Shown: positions 11,280 to 24,838 of the stretch, piece by piece
How positions within the stretch are numbered: the first letter of the stretch is position 1
Layout: each line of letters starts with the position of its first letter
NCBI GenBank assembly: GCA_964016885.1
Contig: OZ024745.1
Span: 107,694,001-107,758,000, forward strand
Length of the DNA stretch: 64,000 bases
Direction: 5' to 3'
DNA from: Eledone cirrhosa
Lineage: Eukaryota
The notes under the pieces: model-generated
The model's input: the letters and a program-made list of their open reading frames with translations, nothing else
Database searches by the model: none
Told to the model about the DNA's origin: nothing
Made by a program: the position numbers and the translations under genes

Positions 11280-11657
11280 GACAAAGGGCGCAAGAACTTA
11301 TAAGAGTCAACGGCCATCCAAAAGTGTGTAAATATGTATATACACATGTACATATGTATGTATATGTGTATATACATGGTTACATGTGTGTGTATATGCA
11401 GAGATGGCAACTCAGGAAACTGGGATAACTCCGATATAAAACCTGCGGTTCAGTAGTTACCGATGATGTTGATCTTTTCTTCTTTTCGGGTTATAGCTAC
11501 TGTCGCTCAGAGAGTGGGATTGGCTCAGTGCACAGTCTTTCCTCACTTTAAAAAATATCTTCACGCACAGGCATTGCACGATAGAATTAATTAATAATTA
11601 TTAATAATGGTATATCGTGCAATGGCCATACTCGATAACGAGGGGGCAGCCATCATC
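11280..11657 (+). repeat. Unclassified interspersed element; other copies at 56510-56945 and 57310-57501, 3' pieces at ~3993-4033, ~55875-55950 and ~1965-2005
   Basis: Shared CAAAGGGC..AGAGTCAACGGCC, GGCAACTCAGGAAACTGGGATAACTC, the CATTGCACGATA..TATCGTGCAATG hairpin and the CTCGATAACGAGGGGGCAGCCATCAT end followed by microsatellite. Confidence 0.75.
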
Positions 11658-11679
11658 ATGTATATATATATATTCCCTT

Positions 11680-12360
11680 CTATGTCTAACATATAACACT
11701 CTCTCATTCTTTCTCACTATATTCATTACCACCAAACTCTTCCACTCTCTACATCAACTATACAACACTCTCTTCCAATACCCCTCTCTATATCAATTAA
11801 CAGAAAACTCTCCCCTCTCTATATCTATTACACGGAACTTTCTTTCAATCCCCCTCTCTATATCAATAAACATGAATCCCCCCCACCCCAGTATCTAATA
11901 TGCAAAACACTCTCCCCCCTCACTATATCAATTACCATCAGACTATCCCCCTTCTCTATATCTATCATACGACACTATCGCTCTCTCTCATTCTCTCTCA
12001 ATCTAACCTTCGCTACCAAACTCTCCCCCCCCCCCTCTATATCTACTAGACGAAACTCTCTGCCAAACCCCTCTCTATATAAATAAACAACAAACTCTCC
12101 TCCCTCTCTATATCTACTACACGAAACTCTTTGCCAGTACCCTTCTCTATTTAAATAAACAACAAATTCCCCCCTCCTCTCTATATCTACTACATGGGAC
12201 TCTCTTCTGACCCCCCCTCCCCCGCTCTATATTAATAAATATCAATCTTTTCCCCCCCTCTATATGTAATATATAACACATTCTCCCAACTCTACCCTGT
12301 ATATCATTTACCTCGAAACTCTCTCCCTCACTATATCTATATCTATCTCTCCAATGTATC
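11680..12360. repeat. Degenerate CT-rich minisatellite (ACTCTCCCCCTCTCTATATC-like units); similar tract at 55450-55870
   Basis: Direct reading of ~35-40-bp degenerate units. Confidence 0.75.
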
Positions 12361-12450
12361 GCTACATAACGTGTGCATAAATTAAAGCGCCTATACAAAT
12401 AGATGTGTTTTGGTATTTTGGGGAGAAAAATATAATTATAAGGGGAGGGG

Positions 12451-12506
<56 letters not shown>

Positions 12507-12541
12507 TGTCCGTCCCCCAGCTCCACCGCTTCTGATATATA

Positions 12542-12878
12542 CAGGGTGGTCCAAAAGTCACACAGAGGTCGCAACTGTTTATAATTGAAAGATGTAATTT
12601 TTCATAAGTAATGTAGAGGTGGGACAAGGATTGATGAGTGCAAAATAATTTCCATGATGTCCTTTGGATTGGCAGTATCGGTAGAGAGTCGGACGCCATG
12701 CTTTCCAGCATAGTTACGTCCCTTTACGGTCTGAGTTCAAATCCCGTCGAGGTTAACTTTGCCTTTCATCCTTACGAGGTCGATAAAATAAAGTACCAGT
12801 AATGTACTAGGATGATGGTGGTGGTGGTGGTGATGATGATGATGGTGATAATGATGATGGTGATGGCGATGATGATGG

Positions 12879-12913
<35 letters not shown>

Positions 12914-13446
12914 AAATGGTACAAAATCTGGCAGAGATATCTACAAAACATGGGGCATGTAGAAGTTGTAATCATGCCATTAATAATGTGTGCATGGGCG
13001 ACGGTAACAACCTAAATTAAGAACTAGAATTACGAAATGTTAATTGACATATGGATAAAACCTCTTCAGAAGAGGACAATCTTAGGAACTGCTTGCATCC
13101 TGGCAAAGGTTCTTGAAACACACCGAAAGAACATCTGAAATACCATTAATCATTTTTCAAAACTCAGCATAATATTGGCAGTATTGGTAGACGGTCGGAC
13201 GCCATGCTTTGACGCATAGAGTTACGGTCCTTGCCATTCTGAGTTCAAATCCCGCCGAGGTTTACTTTGCCTTTCATCCTTATGGGGTCGATAAAATAAA
13301 GTACCAGTAATGCACTGGTTAATTGCTGGCCTTGTGCCAAAAAGTAGAAACAATTATGTCCTTATATCAAAATTTCATACATCAATCTGTACAATTCAGG
13401 AAGTTAATAAAAACTAAAACCCCTGTGTGACATCTGGGACACCCTG
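12542..13446. mobile_element. Tc1/mariner-type MITE or deleted element with nested insertions
   Basis: TA|CAGGGTGGTCCAAAAGTCACACAG ... CTGTGTGACATCTGGGACACCCTG|TA; contains SINEs (~12666-12810, ~13175-13353), (GAT)n and an RLE LINE tail. Confidence 0.75.
12911..13125 (+). mobile_element. Decayed 3' end of an RLE (R4/NeSL-type) LINE following (GAT)n
   Basis: Translates as VEVVIMPLIMCAW.. and LQKRTILGTACILAKVLE, matching the LQK..LLGTA.IL.KVL C-terminus. Confidence 0.6.
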
Positions 13447-13535
13447 TATATGTATGTCTGTGTATGCAATGCGTGTATATGTGAGCAAAGAGACTAGAAA
13501 AACCAAAACGGATGTCAGTCAGAATACGGTCATTC

Positions 13536-13603
13536 TTGAATATTAGCATAGATATGAGATAGATCAGTATACTGATCTATCTCATATCTATGCTAATATT
13601 CAA
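13536..13603. repeat. Perfect 68-bp palindrome with no spacer
   Basis: TTGAATATTAGCATAGATATGAGATAGATCAGTA|TACTGATCTATCTCATATCTATGCTAATATTCAA. Confidence 0.95.
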
Positions 13604-13672
13604 TGGTAGGTAAATAAACAGTAAACATTGTAGTTAAGTTGCAAATAAATGAAAGTAAAACAGTAAAGAACG

Positions 13673-13965
13673 AGCCCGTAGCAGTGCAGAATTTTGGAAA
13701 CTTTGGTGCCAGGACCACCTCCCTACTCACCACCATCAGCACAGAGTTGGCTACCCGCATGTGTGATCCTCACGAGCTGGAATGGCTCTTCCAGTGCGTT
13801 TCCCTCACCATCCTCCGAGGAAACGCCTTCTCTATTCTGTCCGCGTGGCCACGAGGCGGTCGGCGCGTGGGACTCCATTTGCTTATAATAGTGATAGATG
13901 GGGAGAGCGGGAAAGATGGAGGCAGTGACAGTGGGAGTTTGGTGCTAGTGTGTTCGGACCTGGTG
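13673..13965 (+). mobile_element. 3' end of a CRE-like RLE non-LTR element
   Basis: PVAV..G..LLT.IS.ELA..WLFQCVSLTILRGNAFSIL matches the FQR.S..I.RGNA C-terminus; second copy at 21162-21385. Confidence 0.7.
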
Positions 13966-14429
13966 TATATACTCTTTTACTCTTTTACCTGTTCCAGCCA
14001 TCCGGCTGAGGCCATGCTGGGGCACCGCCCTTATATGTATATATGGATTTACCTCATCACATTAATTTTAATATTAAAACAATTTAACAACAAAGTTTGT
14101 ATACGGTTGCTAAGACAGTGTGTATTTGATAGTTTAGATGTGGCTACAAAGACTTGGCTGTTGTGGTACGAGTGCAACAGTAAACGAGTTACGGTAGGTG
14201 CAAGGTAAAGCATTCATAAATAGTGTTTATTTATAAGAATGTTTATGTACACAGTGCGTACTAGTGGAGTGTGAGCTCAATCTTTTTGACTATTTCTTCC
14301 TTTGTCTCTGGTCTTGCTTCTTTACACTTTCTGTTTTTCTCTCTTTCTCATTCTGTCTATCTGTTTCTTTTCATCATTTTCTATTCCCCCCTGCCTCTGT
14401 TTCTCTTCCTATCTTCCACGCCACTGTGA

Positions 14430-14630
<201 letters not shown>

Positions 14631-15317
14631 TCCCCTCTTTTTCCGTTTATACTCTCTCCTCCTTTCCCATCTCTCTCCACTATTTCATCTCACCTTCCCT
14701 CCTTTCTCTCTTTCTTTCCCACATACTGTTAGTTGCAGCCCTGCATTCCTCCTTTTAATTTAACGCTTCCTATTGGCATCACTCTGTTTCCTTTCTGCAA
14801 ACTCGAAATGTAATGGAACCTTGTCACACGATGACAGCCACATGACGACAACTAGCAGTTTCGCTGGGATAATTATAGCATGGAACCCTTGAAAGTATCT
14901 CGTCTTAGCTTTTCATTGATAGCAATTAGGTGATAGCTTTAGGCCTGCCCGGTTGCTGAATATATCATTGTTTCAGATATCGTACGAAATAATCACTGGT
15001 GAAAAGACCTTATTATATCAGTCTTGTTTCCTTTATCGTCTACGATAGATACTAAATATTTCTTTTATGCATTCTGCTAAATGTTAAAATGAGAAATTGA
15101 GACATGGGTAATGGTTTTATATCTAGAAAATAACAGAAACTCTGTCGCACGTGTGTGTGTGTAATCATTAGATTGCGATTAAGCTAGGGGACCGCCTTGA
15201 TGGGATTTAGTCGATGGTATCGATCCCTGAACTTATTTCATCGATCTGACTGTGTGGATCTGTAATGTTACAGAACAGAGGAAAAAAAAAACACGGATAG
15301 GTGCAATAAGACAAACA

Positions 15318-15349
<32 letters not shown>

Positions 15350-15459
15350 TTTACACACACACGCACACATATATATATACATGTATATATATATATATAT
15401 AATATAGATAAATTGATAGATAGATATATATAGATATATATAGATATAGATATATATAC

Positions 15460-15502
15460 TGGTGCGTTATGGTCCATCTGGTTCCTTACCACACTTCCTT
15501 CG

Positions 15503-15596
<94 letters not shown>

Positions 15597-15670
15597 ATAT
15601 ATATATATGAATATATATATATATGGAAGAGATCACTGTCCATCTGGTTCCTTACCACACTTCCTTCGTT
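15460..15670 (+). mobile_element. Two tiny 3'-terminal fragments of the 17271-19560 PLE family in (TA)n (15460-15504, ~15638-15670)
   Basis: GGTGCGTTATGGTCCATCTGGTTCCTTACCACACTTCCTTCGTT matches the terminus at ~19517-19560. Confidence 0.85.
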
Positions 15671-15671
15671 T

Positions 15672-15721
<50 letters not shown>

Positions 15722-15947
15722 AATTTAATTAGCAACAGCACTAACATAGCGTGATTCATAATAGGGTGTATATGAAAGCATATACTATATAGTTATGTAT
15801 AATAAACATAAGAGTGTCTCACCATAAATGTTTTAAGCTATGATTATATCACATCTCTCTTGACAGTGCGTGAGAGCTGTGATATAACCCCACCTTAAAA
15901 CATGCATAGTGATAGTCTCGTATGTTTATTATATATAAACATAAGTC

Positions 15948-16153
15948 CGGTGGTTTTGCAGTATCGGTAGAGCGTCAGACACCATGCTTTGTAGCATAGA
16001 GTTATGGCCCTTTATGGTCTGAGTTCAAAAGGTTAACTTTGCCTTTCATCCCTACGGGGTCCATAAAATAAAGTACCAGTAATGTACTGGGGTCGATTGA
16101 ATCGGCTTTCCCCTGCCCCCAAATTACTGGCCTTGTGCCTATAGTAGAAATCA
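15948..16153 (+). mobile_element. SINE, long form
   Basis: Family motifs; approximate TSD ATTATATAAACATA. Confidence 0.85.
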
Positions 16154-16679
16154 TTATATAAACATATCGTATATGCTCTCATATAAATCCCTGTTAGTTA
16201 GAAATTTAGCTGCTAGAATAAATTCATAATAAATACAGTTCATGTGTAAAGATAGAAGGATAATTATTATAAAAGAATATATTAAACTAGTCTTACGCCA
16301 TGGTAAATGAATATGCTTTAATGTCACTCAACGAGGGAACCTCAATACGACCGACTGAAGTGCTAGAAATATTAGCCACACTCCCGTAAATCCCATTCAA
16401 CCAACACTCTCCACCACAAAAATACAATATATACATTTGATGAGTTAATATTAAATCCGCCAAATAGAAACAAGGAAATGATAGTGTCGTTGAGGGAGGT
16501 ACTTCGTTGATTATATGACTTCAGTGCGTTCATTTAGAGTAGATCTCAAACTTTTGGAGCCTTCCCATCCCCATGAAATACCCTCAGCGCCCCCTAACCC
16601 TATTTCCAGAGAGACCTACCAACACACGAATTGTAAATATTATATAATAAATAAACTCGTCAATTTATACATAACAAAT

Positions 16680-16870
16680 AATTGCTTCTACATTTGGCCG
16701 AACGCCAGCAATTATCTCAGTGTATTACTGGTACTTTATTTTATCGACCCCGTGAGGATGAAAGACAAAGTTAACCTAGGCGGGATTTGAACTCAGACCA
16801 TAAAGGGTCGTAACTCTATGCTGCAAAACATGGCGTCCGACCCTCTTCTGATACTGCCAATCCACCACCC
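16680..16870 (-). mobile_element. SINE, short form
   Basis: Family motifs. Confidence 0.85.
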
Positions 16871-16932
16871 TTTATATAATAAAAGATATAATATATACTA
16901 TGTATAAATACATATTATATATCTTTTTATTT

Positions 16933-16993
<61 letters not shown>

Positions 16994-17041
16994 AAGTTAT
17001 ATATATATATATAGGAAGTTTACTCGAAGTTTACACCGCTT

Positions 17042-17273
<232 letters not shown>

Positions 17274-17291
17274 AAGCGGTGTAAACTTCGA

Positions 17292-18275
17292 GTAAACTTC
17301 CTGGACGTAACCCTCGACCTCGAAAACGACCTGTACTACCCATACAGGAAACCTAATGACAATCTGCACTACATCCACCGCCGATCAAACCATCCTAGGA
17401 ACATCACAAACAACCTGGTCAAAAACATCTCCCTCCGCATATCCCGTTTGTCAGCTAATGAGCGGATATTCGATGAACATGCGCCTTATTACAACCAGGC
17501 CCTCAAGCGGAGTGGTTTCCGGGAGGAAATATCCTACTGTCCAGATCCCATTAGCGGAACCAGCAGGAGACACCGCCGCTCACGCAATGTAACATGGTTC
17601 AATCCTCCCCACAACGCAGAGGTGACTACTCCCATCGGGAAACTATTCTTTAGGCTCATTGAAAAACACTTCCCATTACAACACCGCTACCACAACATAA
17701 TTAACAAAAATACCATCAAACTCTCTTACAGCACTACACCAAACTTCGCACAAAACATCGTCTCCTCTAACAACAAAAAACTCAACCCCGATGGCAGAAA
17801 TAACCTAAATAGCAGTGGAGAACCGACCAGGAGGTGTAACTGCCCGGATAGATCTATTTGCCCACTCGACAATAGATGCAGAGACCGTAATGTGATCTAC
17901 CAGTGCAACGTGAGGACGGATACCTCCAACAAAGCCTATATAGGACTTACCGCATGTGACTTCAAGACCCGGCTATACCAACATAGACATACCTTCCGAA
18001 ACCCGGCCCGGCGTCACGCCACTACACTTTCGGGCCACATATGGGACCTCAAGGACAACAACATCACCTATGATCTCACTTGGAGATTACTGTCCAGAGC
18101 CAATTCTTACACGGGAGGACGCCGTCCGTGCAATTTATGCTCGGAGGAAACTTTACAAATGCTGTTTTCGACGGACCAACTCCTAAACAAGAAAGATGAA
18201 CTGGTTACTGCATGTAAACATAGATTGCGTAGGACTTACCTCGCCCTCAAACCCCATAATGACCCGGGGGGGTAG
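17292..18275 (+). CDS. PLE RT thumb + GIY-YIG endonuclease (partial, uninterrupted frame)
   Basis: ORF track 17448-18275 extended upstream in frame without stops. Confidence 0.85.
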   Translation, partial: VNFLDVTLDLENDLYYPYRKPNDNLHYIHRRSNHPRNITNNLVKNISLRISRLSANERIFDEHAPYYNQALKRSGFREEISYCPDPISGTSRRHRRSRNVTWFNPPHNAEVTTPIGKLFFRLIEKHFPLQHRYHNIINKNTIKLSYSTTPNFAQNIVSSNNKKLNPDGRNNLNSSGEPTRRCNCPDRSICPLDNRCRDRNVIYQCNVRTDTSNKAYIGLTACDFKTRLYQHRHTFRNPARRHATTLSGHIWDLKDNNITYDLTWRLLSRANSYTGGRRPCNLCSEETLQMLFSTDQLLNKKDELVTACKHRLRRTYLALKPHNDPGG

Positions 18276-19373
18276 ACTAGGGCTATAACACCCCAGTTGC
18301 CGATTTTGCAATGGGTAACCCCTGCTTGCCAAGGAAGACGTAAGATCTTCTTTGTATTCATTTATCGCATCCTTTATTTCCTTCCCCCCTCTCTCCTTTG
18401 TCCTTCTACCCCAGCTCTTCTCCTTTGTCGGCGTCTTTTCTCGCCCACCCGAGGCTGCCCTTTGGCCCCATGTAGCCTTAGTACCCCCACTCCCCCCTCC
18501 CCTAGTCTTTGATAGATTTGGCGGACTCCGCCCTTTATAGCAGTTGGCTTAGACCCCGGATACTTGCCCCCCTTTTCCGACCGCTCCCACTATTCTCTGT
18601 GCCCTGTATATTTCTTAGTGGCACTTATGCCTTATTTTTTTCGTTTCAGTATTTCTTGCTTCGCTTTTCTTCTGGGCGGGGTGGATTCTGAACGTATTTC
18701 TCCGTATTCTACCTTTATTTCGTACGAACTTTCATGTAGCTTGTTTTAGATCTTTTAGAGTTAGCATTAGTATATATTTTTCTCGGGACTCAGAATTATT
18801 ATGTCGTACAAGTTCACTTTGCTGCACTGGGTCGTTGCTGGCCCGGGATGGAAACCTTTAGTGTTTATTTCGTGGTAGTCTCTTTAGTATTTTGGCCCCT
18901 TTTGTTGACCAGTCACCGTATCATTTACGTACTTATACCTCTTAAAAGGGTCCTTGCCTAATTCGTCCCACCTAGTTCTATACTTATTTCCTTATTTATT
19001 TATTTATTTATTTATTTACTTCTTTCTTTCTTTCTTTATTTTATTCTCGCCTAACAATAGCCTGACACCTAGGTCGTAGAATTTAATTTTTTCTTTACAC
19101 TTATTTGCTTTCCTTCACTCTCAGTATTTTTTCTTTCCTATTTCTACCCCCCATTGTTCTACCTACCGTTCCGACTTCCTCCCCCTCCCCCTCCCCTGTA
19201 TCTTCTTTGACCTCATGCCCAGCTGTAGCTGACACTACCAACGCTTGATTGGGTCTACTCCACCCCCTCCCCTCTTTCTCCTACTGGCAGGTTTAGCCAC
19301 CATCTCCCCTACTAATTTGCAACCACAGAATTACTACTGATTTTTGACAATCACTTTGACCATATATGGAATT

Positions 19374-19467
19374 ACCCCTTGAGAAGATCGGCTATTTAAA
19401 TACCAGGATAAATGTTCATTTAGTCCAGAATTAGCCGTCGAAACGGCTTGAGCTCAGCTGTCGGGGT
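19374..19467 (+). ncRNA. Type-I hammerhead ribozyme with a U3-A8 core variant in the PLE pLTR
   Basis: ACCCC-TTGAGAA-GATCGGCTA..TAGCCGTC-GAAA-CGGC-TTGAGCTCA-GCT-GTC-GGGGT; all three stems pair; predicted cleavage after C19462. Confidence 0.75.
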
Positions 19468-19558
19468 CTTACTGGTTCCTATTACCCACTCTACTACCTC
19501 AAGTATTGAGTACTTTGGTGCGTTATGGTCCACCTGGTTCCTTACCACATTTCCTTCG

Positions 19559-20010
<452 letters not shown>

Positions 20011-20119
20011 GTATCACTTGATATCAAATATAATATACTATTATATCATCTCCACCATCCTCTACCGCCCACTTGGACATTCTCAATGAGCCCCCCCCCC
20101 CCCCCCCGCCCGAGGTGAG

Positions 20120-20153
20120 GAGGTGGGCGTCGCACCCACTTTCAAAACCTCTG
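20120..20153. mobile_element. Possible hAT/Charlie-type MITE right end
   Basis: CCCACTTTCAAAACCTCTG followed by ATCTAGAG (NTCTAGAN-type target); left end not found. Confidence 0.35.
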
Positions 20154-20417
20154 ATCTAGAGCTAAATATTTTCAGCAGCGCGTTTTACAAAGTAGGTGTG
20201 TAATTTTGTGAGAGCATGAAAGTTGATTTAGTAGATTAGGGTAATTTGGGGTCTGTAATTAGATACTACGTGGGATATAATTAGATACTACGTGGGATAT
20301 AATGAACGCCTATCAAAGGTTGTATCTGTTTAATTTTAATATCACAATGTCATTGAACGTTAACTAAACTGAAAGTTCGGATAACTGAACAATTGAGTAT
20401 TCATTAATAGTTTATGT

Positions 20418-20635
20418 GGAGTGGCAGTATCGGTAGAGCGTCGGACAATATACTTCACAGCATAGAGTTACGGCCCTTTGCGGTCTGAGTTCAAATCCCA
20501 CCGAGGTTAGCTTTGCCTTTCATCCTTACGGAGTCGATAAAATAAAGCACCAGTAATACACTGAAGTCGATTTAATCAACTTCCCATCTATTTGCTTCCC
20601 CAAAATTGCTAGCCTTGTGCCTATATAAGAACTCA
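20418..20635 (+). mobile_element. SINE, long form
   Basis: Family motifs. Confidence 0.85.
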
Positions 20636-20708
20636 TTATTATTACACCAAATTAGTTCAAAGGTCACTATAAATAAGATACAAATAAAAGGTTATTATAA
20701 TAGAGAAT

Positions 20709-20894
20709 AGGGCGGTGGATTGTCAGTATCGGTAGAGGGTTTGACGCCATGCTTTCCAGCATAGTTACGTCCCTTTACGATCTGAGTTCAAATCCCGCCG
20801 AGGTTGACTTTGCCTTTCATCCTTACGGGGTCGATAAAATAAAGTACCAGTAATGCACTGGGTAATTGCTGGCCTTGTGCCTAAAGTAGAAACA
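20709..20894 (+). mobile_element. Young full-length SINE, short form
   Basis: A and B boxes; TSD ATTATAATAGAGAAT (20694-20708 / 20895-20909). Confidence 0.93.
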
Positions 20895-21161
20895 ATTATA
20901 ATAGAGAATGCCTATTTTAATGGCCACAATGACTTTACCATGGTGCAATAGTTTTAGTTCCATCAATGATCTCGGGCCAGATATATACATCTCAGGAGTA
21001 AATGGTGATTTATATTATTCAGTATTTCTCACAGAGATGAACATCTAAATTAAGAGAAAAGAGTAATTGTAAAGTCCCTTACGACAGTCCCAATACACAA
21101 CATCAGATTACGTTATACTTTAAACGACATGACACTTTACACCACTAACAAAATAGCTTGA

Positions 21162-21385
21162 AGAGTTGGCTACCCGCAGGCGTGAGACTCTCGAGTTGTA
21201 ATGGCTCGTCCAACGTGTCACTCTCACCATCTTCCGGGTAAACGCCTTCTCTATTCTGTCCGCTGGGGACGCGAAGCGGTCAGCACTTGGGCCCACATTT
21301 GCTCACAATAGTGAGAGATGTAGAGAGCGAGAGAGACGAAGGCAGTGACAATGGGAGTTTGGTTCTTTTGTGTTCGGACTTGTTG
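21162..21385 (+). mobile_element. Second CRE-like 3' fragment
   Basis: Colinear with ~13743-13965. Confidence 0.7.
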
Positions 21386-22697
21386 TGTATATATGTGTAT
21401 ATAAGAAAGAATGAGTCTTTCACACAGATTGTATCAATATGAATACATGTAGATCAGCCATAGAACCAAGGTGATATCTGATTTAGCCTTTAGGTCACAC
21501 CCCACAGATATACCGATACTGCCATGATAGAATGGACATTTTTATCACAGATAGTGGTATTATTTTGATTCTTGTGCATATGTGTTTTATTTTTATTTTT
21601 TAAATGAAAGCATCTATTTATCTCTCAATAAACCAAATCGTCAGTATCCACATTACATATAGATTTTTTGTTATGCAGACCCCTAAAGAATAGTGATTTA
21701 ATTCTGACCTATACATATGATGCGAGTATTAAAAAATATATAGCCTTTAGTTTTCTAGAGGTAAAAGCTATTTTCTAACGAACAAATATACATGAAAACA
21801 TACTTTAAAGAGGAACGGCAATTTTCACATCAATATCAAACAGATTTTTAACTGCAGCGTCGCAAAAAAATTTCCACTGGAATGCTTTTACTTAAAATCG
21901 AATGAGTTGACTATTTCGCAAGACTTCGTTTTTTTTTTTACGTTTAACTTCTCTATTTGTCAATCTATTTGATTAATTTCCATTCCATGTTACCATGGTG
22001 TCATTTTAGAGAATTTTAGAGAACTTTTATAGCCAACAGGAAATGGGAAAGTTTTTTTTCTTTAAATCGCCATTAGATAGCTAAATAAGTGAGAAGCGAT
22101 GATTTCAATGACATTTGTGAAGATACCGTTGTCAGTTTTATGACATAAGCTGGCGACCATGAATATAAAGCAGCGAAATTTTACAGGGTTAAATGGAAAG
22201 AAAACGAAATACAAAAACCAAAAACAAAATCAAAAGAAAAACGAAAATTGATTTTGTCATATAAAATACAGGCAAGAGAAACAAAATATTAATTCAAAAA
22301 GAAATTTATCAGATGTTTCTATTTCTATTAATTTTAAGAGAGATTATCTTGTATATAGGGATACAAAAAAAATATATATAACGAATGAAATTAACTTGTT
22401 TTCAAATAAACACACACATGTAAATACGCACGAACACAAACGCACATGTTTACGCACTAGAGACAAAACACACATATACATGAAGTGTCTATGTGTATAT
22501 ACGTTTGTTATTTGGCTCTTTTATAGGACATTGACAGTAGTGGTGCCCTGTCTCGTAGGATGTGGTTAATAACATAGATCCTAGTACTTATTTTATCGAT
22601 TAGGAAAGGATGAAAGTTATTGTATACCAAGATGGGAATTGAACTCAAACATAAACAGACGCTATAGTCCATTATTGTCTCTTTCTATACGTTTCCT

Positions 22698-22746
<49 letters not shown>

Positions 22747-22780
22747 GTGTGTGTGCGTGTGCGTGTGTGTGTGTGTGTGT

Positions 22781-22975
22781 GAATGAGTCAAGACCCCGAC
22801 GTCTCAGTTCTTGTGTCAACAGCTAGTTCTAATCTGGAACTAGCTTTTGATGAAACGGCAAGAGCTCACCCGTCGGGGTCCTGACTCATTCATATAACCA
22901 TACTCTACTAACCCAAGTATCGAGTACTCTGTTGAGTAATGGTCTAACAAGTTTCTTACTGAATCTTTCTTGATT
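22781..22975. mobile_element. PLE mini-element of a sister subfamily (21-bp inverted segment plus forward pLTR with partial HHR)
   Basis: GAAACGGCAAGAGCTCACCCGTCGGGGTC..ACTCTACTAACCCAAGTATCGAGTACT is homologous to 19440-19515; 22781-22801 is the reverse complement of 22871-22891 (1 mismatch). Confidence 0.75.
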
Positions 22976-23208
22976 TATATATATATATGTGTGTGTGTGT
23001 GTGTGAGTATACATATATATATATATATATGTATGTATATACATATATATATGTATATATATATATGTATACATATATATACATATATACATATATATAT
23101 ATGTATATATATGTATATATATAAATTTATATATATATATATATATATGTATGTATATACATATATATATATGTATATATATATGTATACATATATATAC
23201 ATATATAC

Positions 23209-23239
<31 letters not shown>

Positions 23240-23300
23240 TATATTTATATAAGTATATATATATATATAAATTTAATGTGGATATATATATATGTAAATT
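22976..23300. repeat. Compound (TA)n/(TG)n/(TACA)n microsatellite
   Basis: Direct reading. Confidence 0.95.
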
Positions 23301-23616
23301 TATTATGGCCATATATGTATGAAGAGAGAGAAGGGGGGAGATTTGCAAGGATGTATATGTGTATCTGTTTATATGTGCTTGGTTATGATTGCATGACTGC
23401 GTGTACATTTTCATTTTGCCATAACTTTAGTTATGGCAAAATAATTCAAAGCTAAACTTATTTATAACTAGCATAAATTGCTTTGAAAATGTTAATAAAA
23501 GTCGATTAGCTTTAGAAAGAACCTTTCAATGGCGATGGTTTTATATACTTATAATACAATATACATACAATACAATACATCTAGACAGACAGATAGACTT
23601 ACACACCACCATACAT

Positions 23617-23680
<64 letters not shown>

Positions 23681-24296
23681 GTATATAAGTAGAAATATGC
23701 CTATATATGTACATATAAATATGTATAAATATTATATATATATTGTGTGTGAGTGTGTGTATGTATGTATATATGTAAGTATCTATATATCTATTATGTA
23801 TGTATGTATGTGTGTATGAACGTATAATTTTCTGGACATAAAAAAAGAAATTGTGAATTCAGTGATGAGAAGAAAATAGCGGTTTATGTTAATCTTCACA
23901 TTTGCATTAAAAGTTATATTCGCCCTAGGTGCAAGACGGAAAGTTTAAGCTGGAAAAATAATGCTTTGAAATATTGTCAGAAAAATGAACCTATTAATAA
24001 ACAGTTCAAAGAATATAAAAATATAATGGAAAATAAATGGAAGTTTCGTTCTGCAATACATAAAGAATAGAGTATTTAGGTAAAAAAGAAAAATATATAT
24101 TGCGATGTAAATAAATAAATGTCTTTCTGATGGAATGAGATAAAATAATCGATTCAAGAGAATGTAATGAATTTTTCTTTTAAATATACGAATTTATTTT
24201 ATATATAACAAATAAATGAGTACAGGAGATTTTTCAAGTATGTATCTGTGAGCAATAGCATGCCAGTATAATATACGTATATATACGTATATATAC

Positions 24297-24375
<79 letters not shown>

Positions 24376-24429
24376 TGTATGTATGTATGTATATATACGT
24401 GTATATATATTGTGTGTGCGTGTGTGTGT

Positions 24430-24615
24430 GTAGATAGATTTTTGCCCAAACCCTTGCTTCAAAGATGTGTTGATTGGAAAGGAGAGACGTATAGAGAATA
24501 CGATAAACAGAAAACTTTGAAGGGTGGACAGACAAATCCTTTGTGGAGACCTGGGATCTGGCAAGCAATCGCAGTCGATAGAGAAAGCTGGTACACAGCA
24601 TCTCACAAAGTGAAA
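24430..24615 (+). mobile_element. Small RTE-like 3' fragment
   Basis: [27 protein letters not shown] resembles the RTE C-terminal W..A.DR..W motif. Confidence 0.45.
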
Positions 24616-24785
24616 CTATATATATATATATATATAGATTTTGAGTTTATGTTGGTTGTATACCAACACCTCAGTATGCAGGCTGGAGCACTCGACGAAG
24701 TGCGCAGGTTGGTTTTGTTACTCCGGAGTAGTGTAAAATAAAGTTAAATAAAAGTCAAATGATTAAAATTTAGCTTCGTTTATTA

Positions 24786-24838
24786 CTGCTATATATATTT
24801 CAGTGACAGCCATCTTTGGCTGTGACCTCTTCAGGCAG
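24786..24838 (-). ncRNA. Minimal type-I hammerhead ribozyme within a (TA)n-bounded PLE-end fragment (~24636-24960)
   Basis: CTGC-CTGAAGA-GGTCACAGCC-AAAGAT-GGCTGTCACT-GAAA-TATATA-TA-GCAG: canonical core, AUA site, palindromic stem III. Confidence 0.85.
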
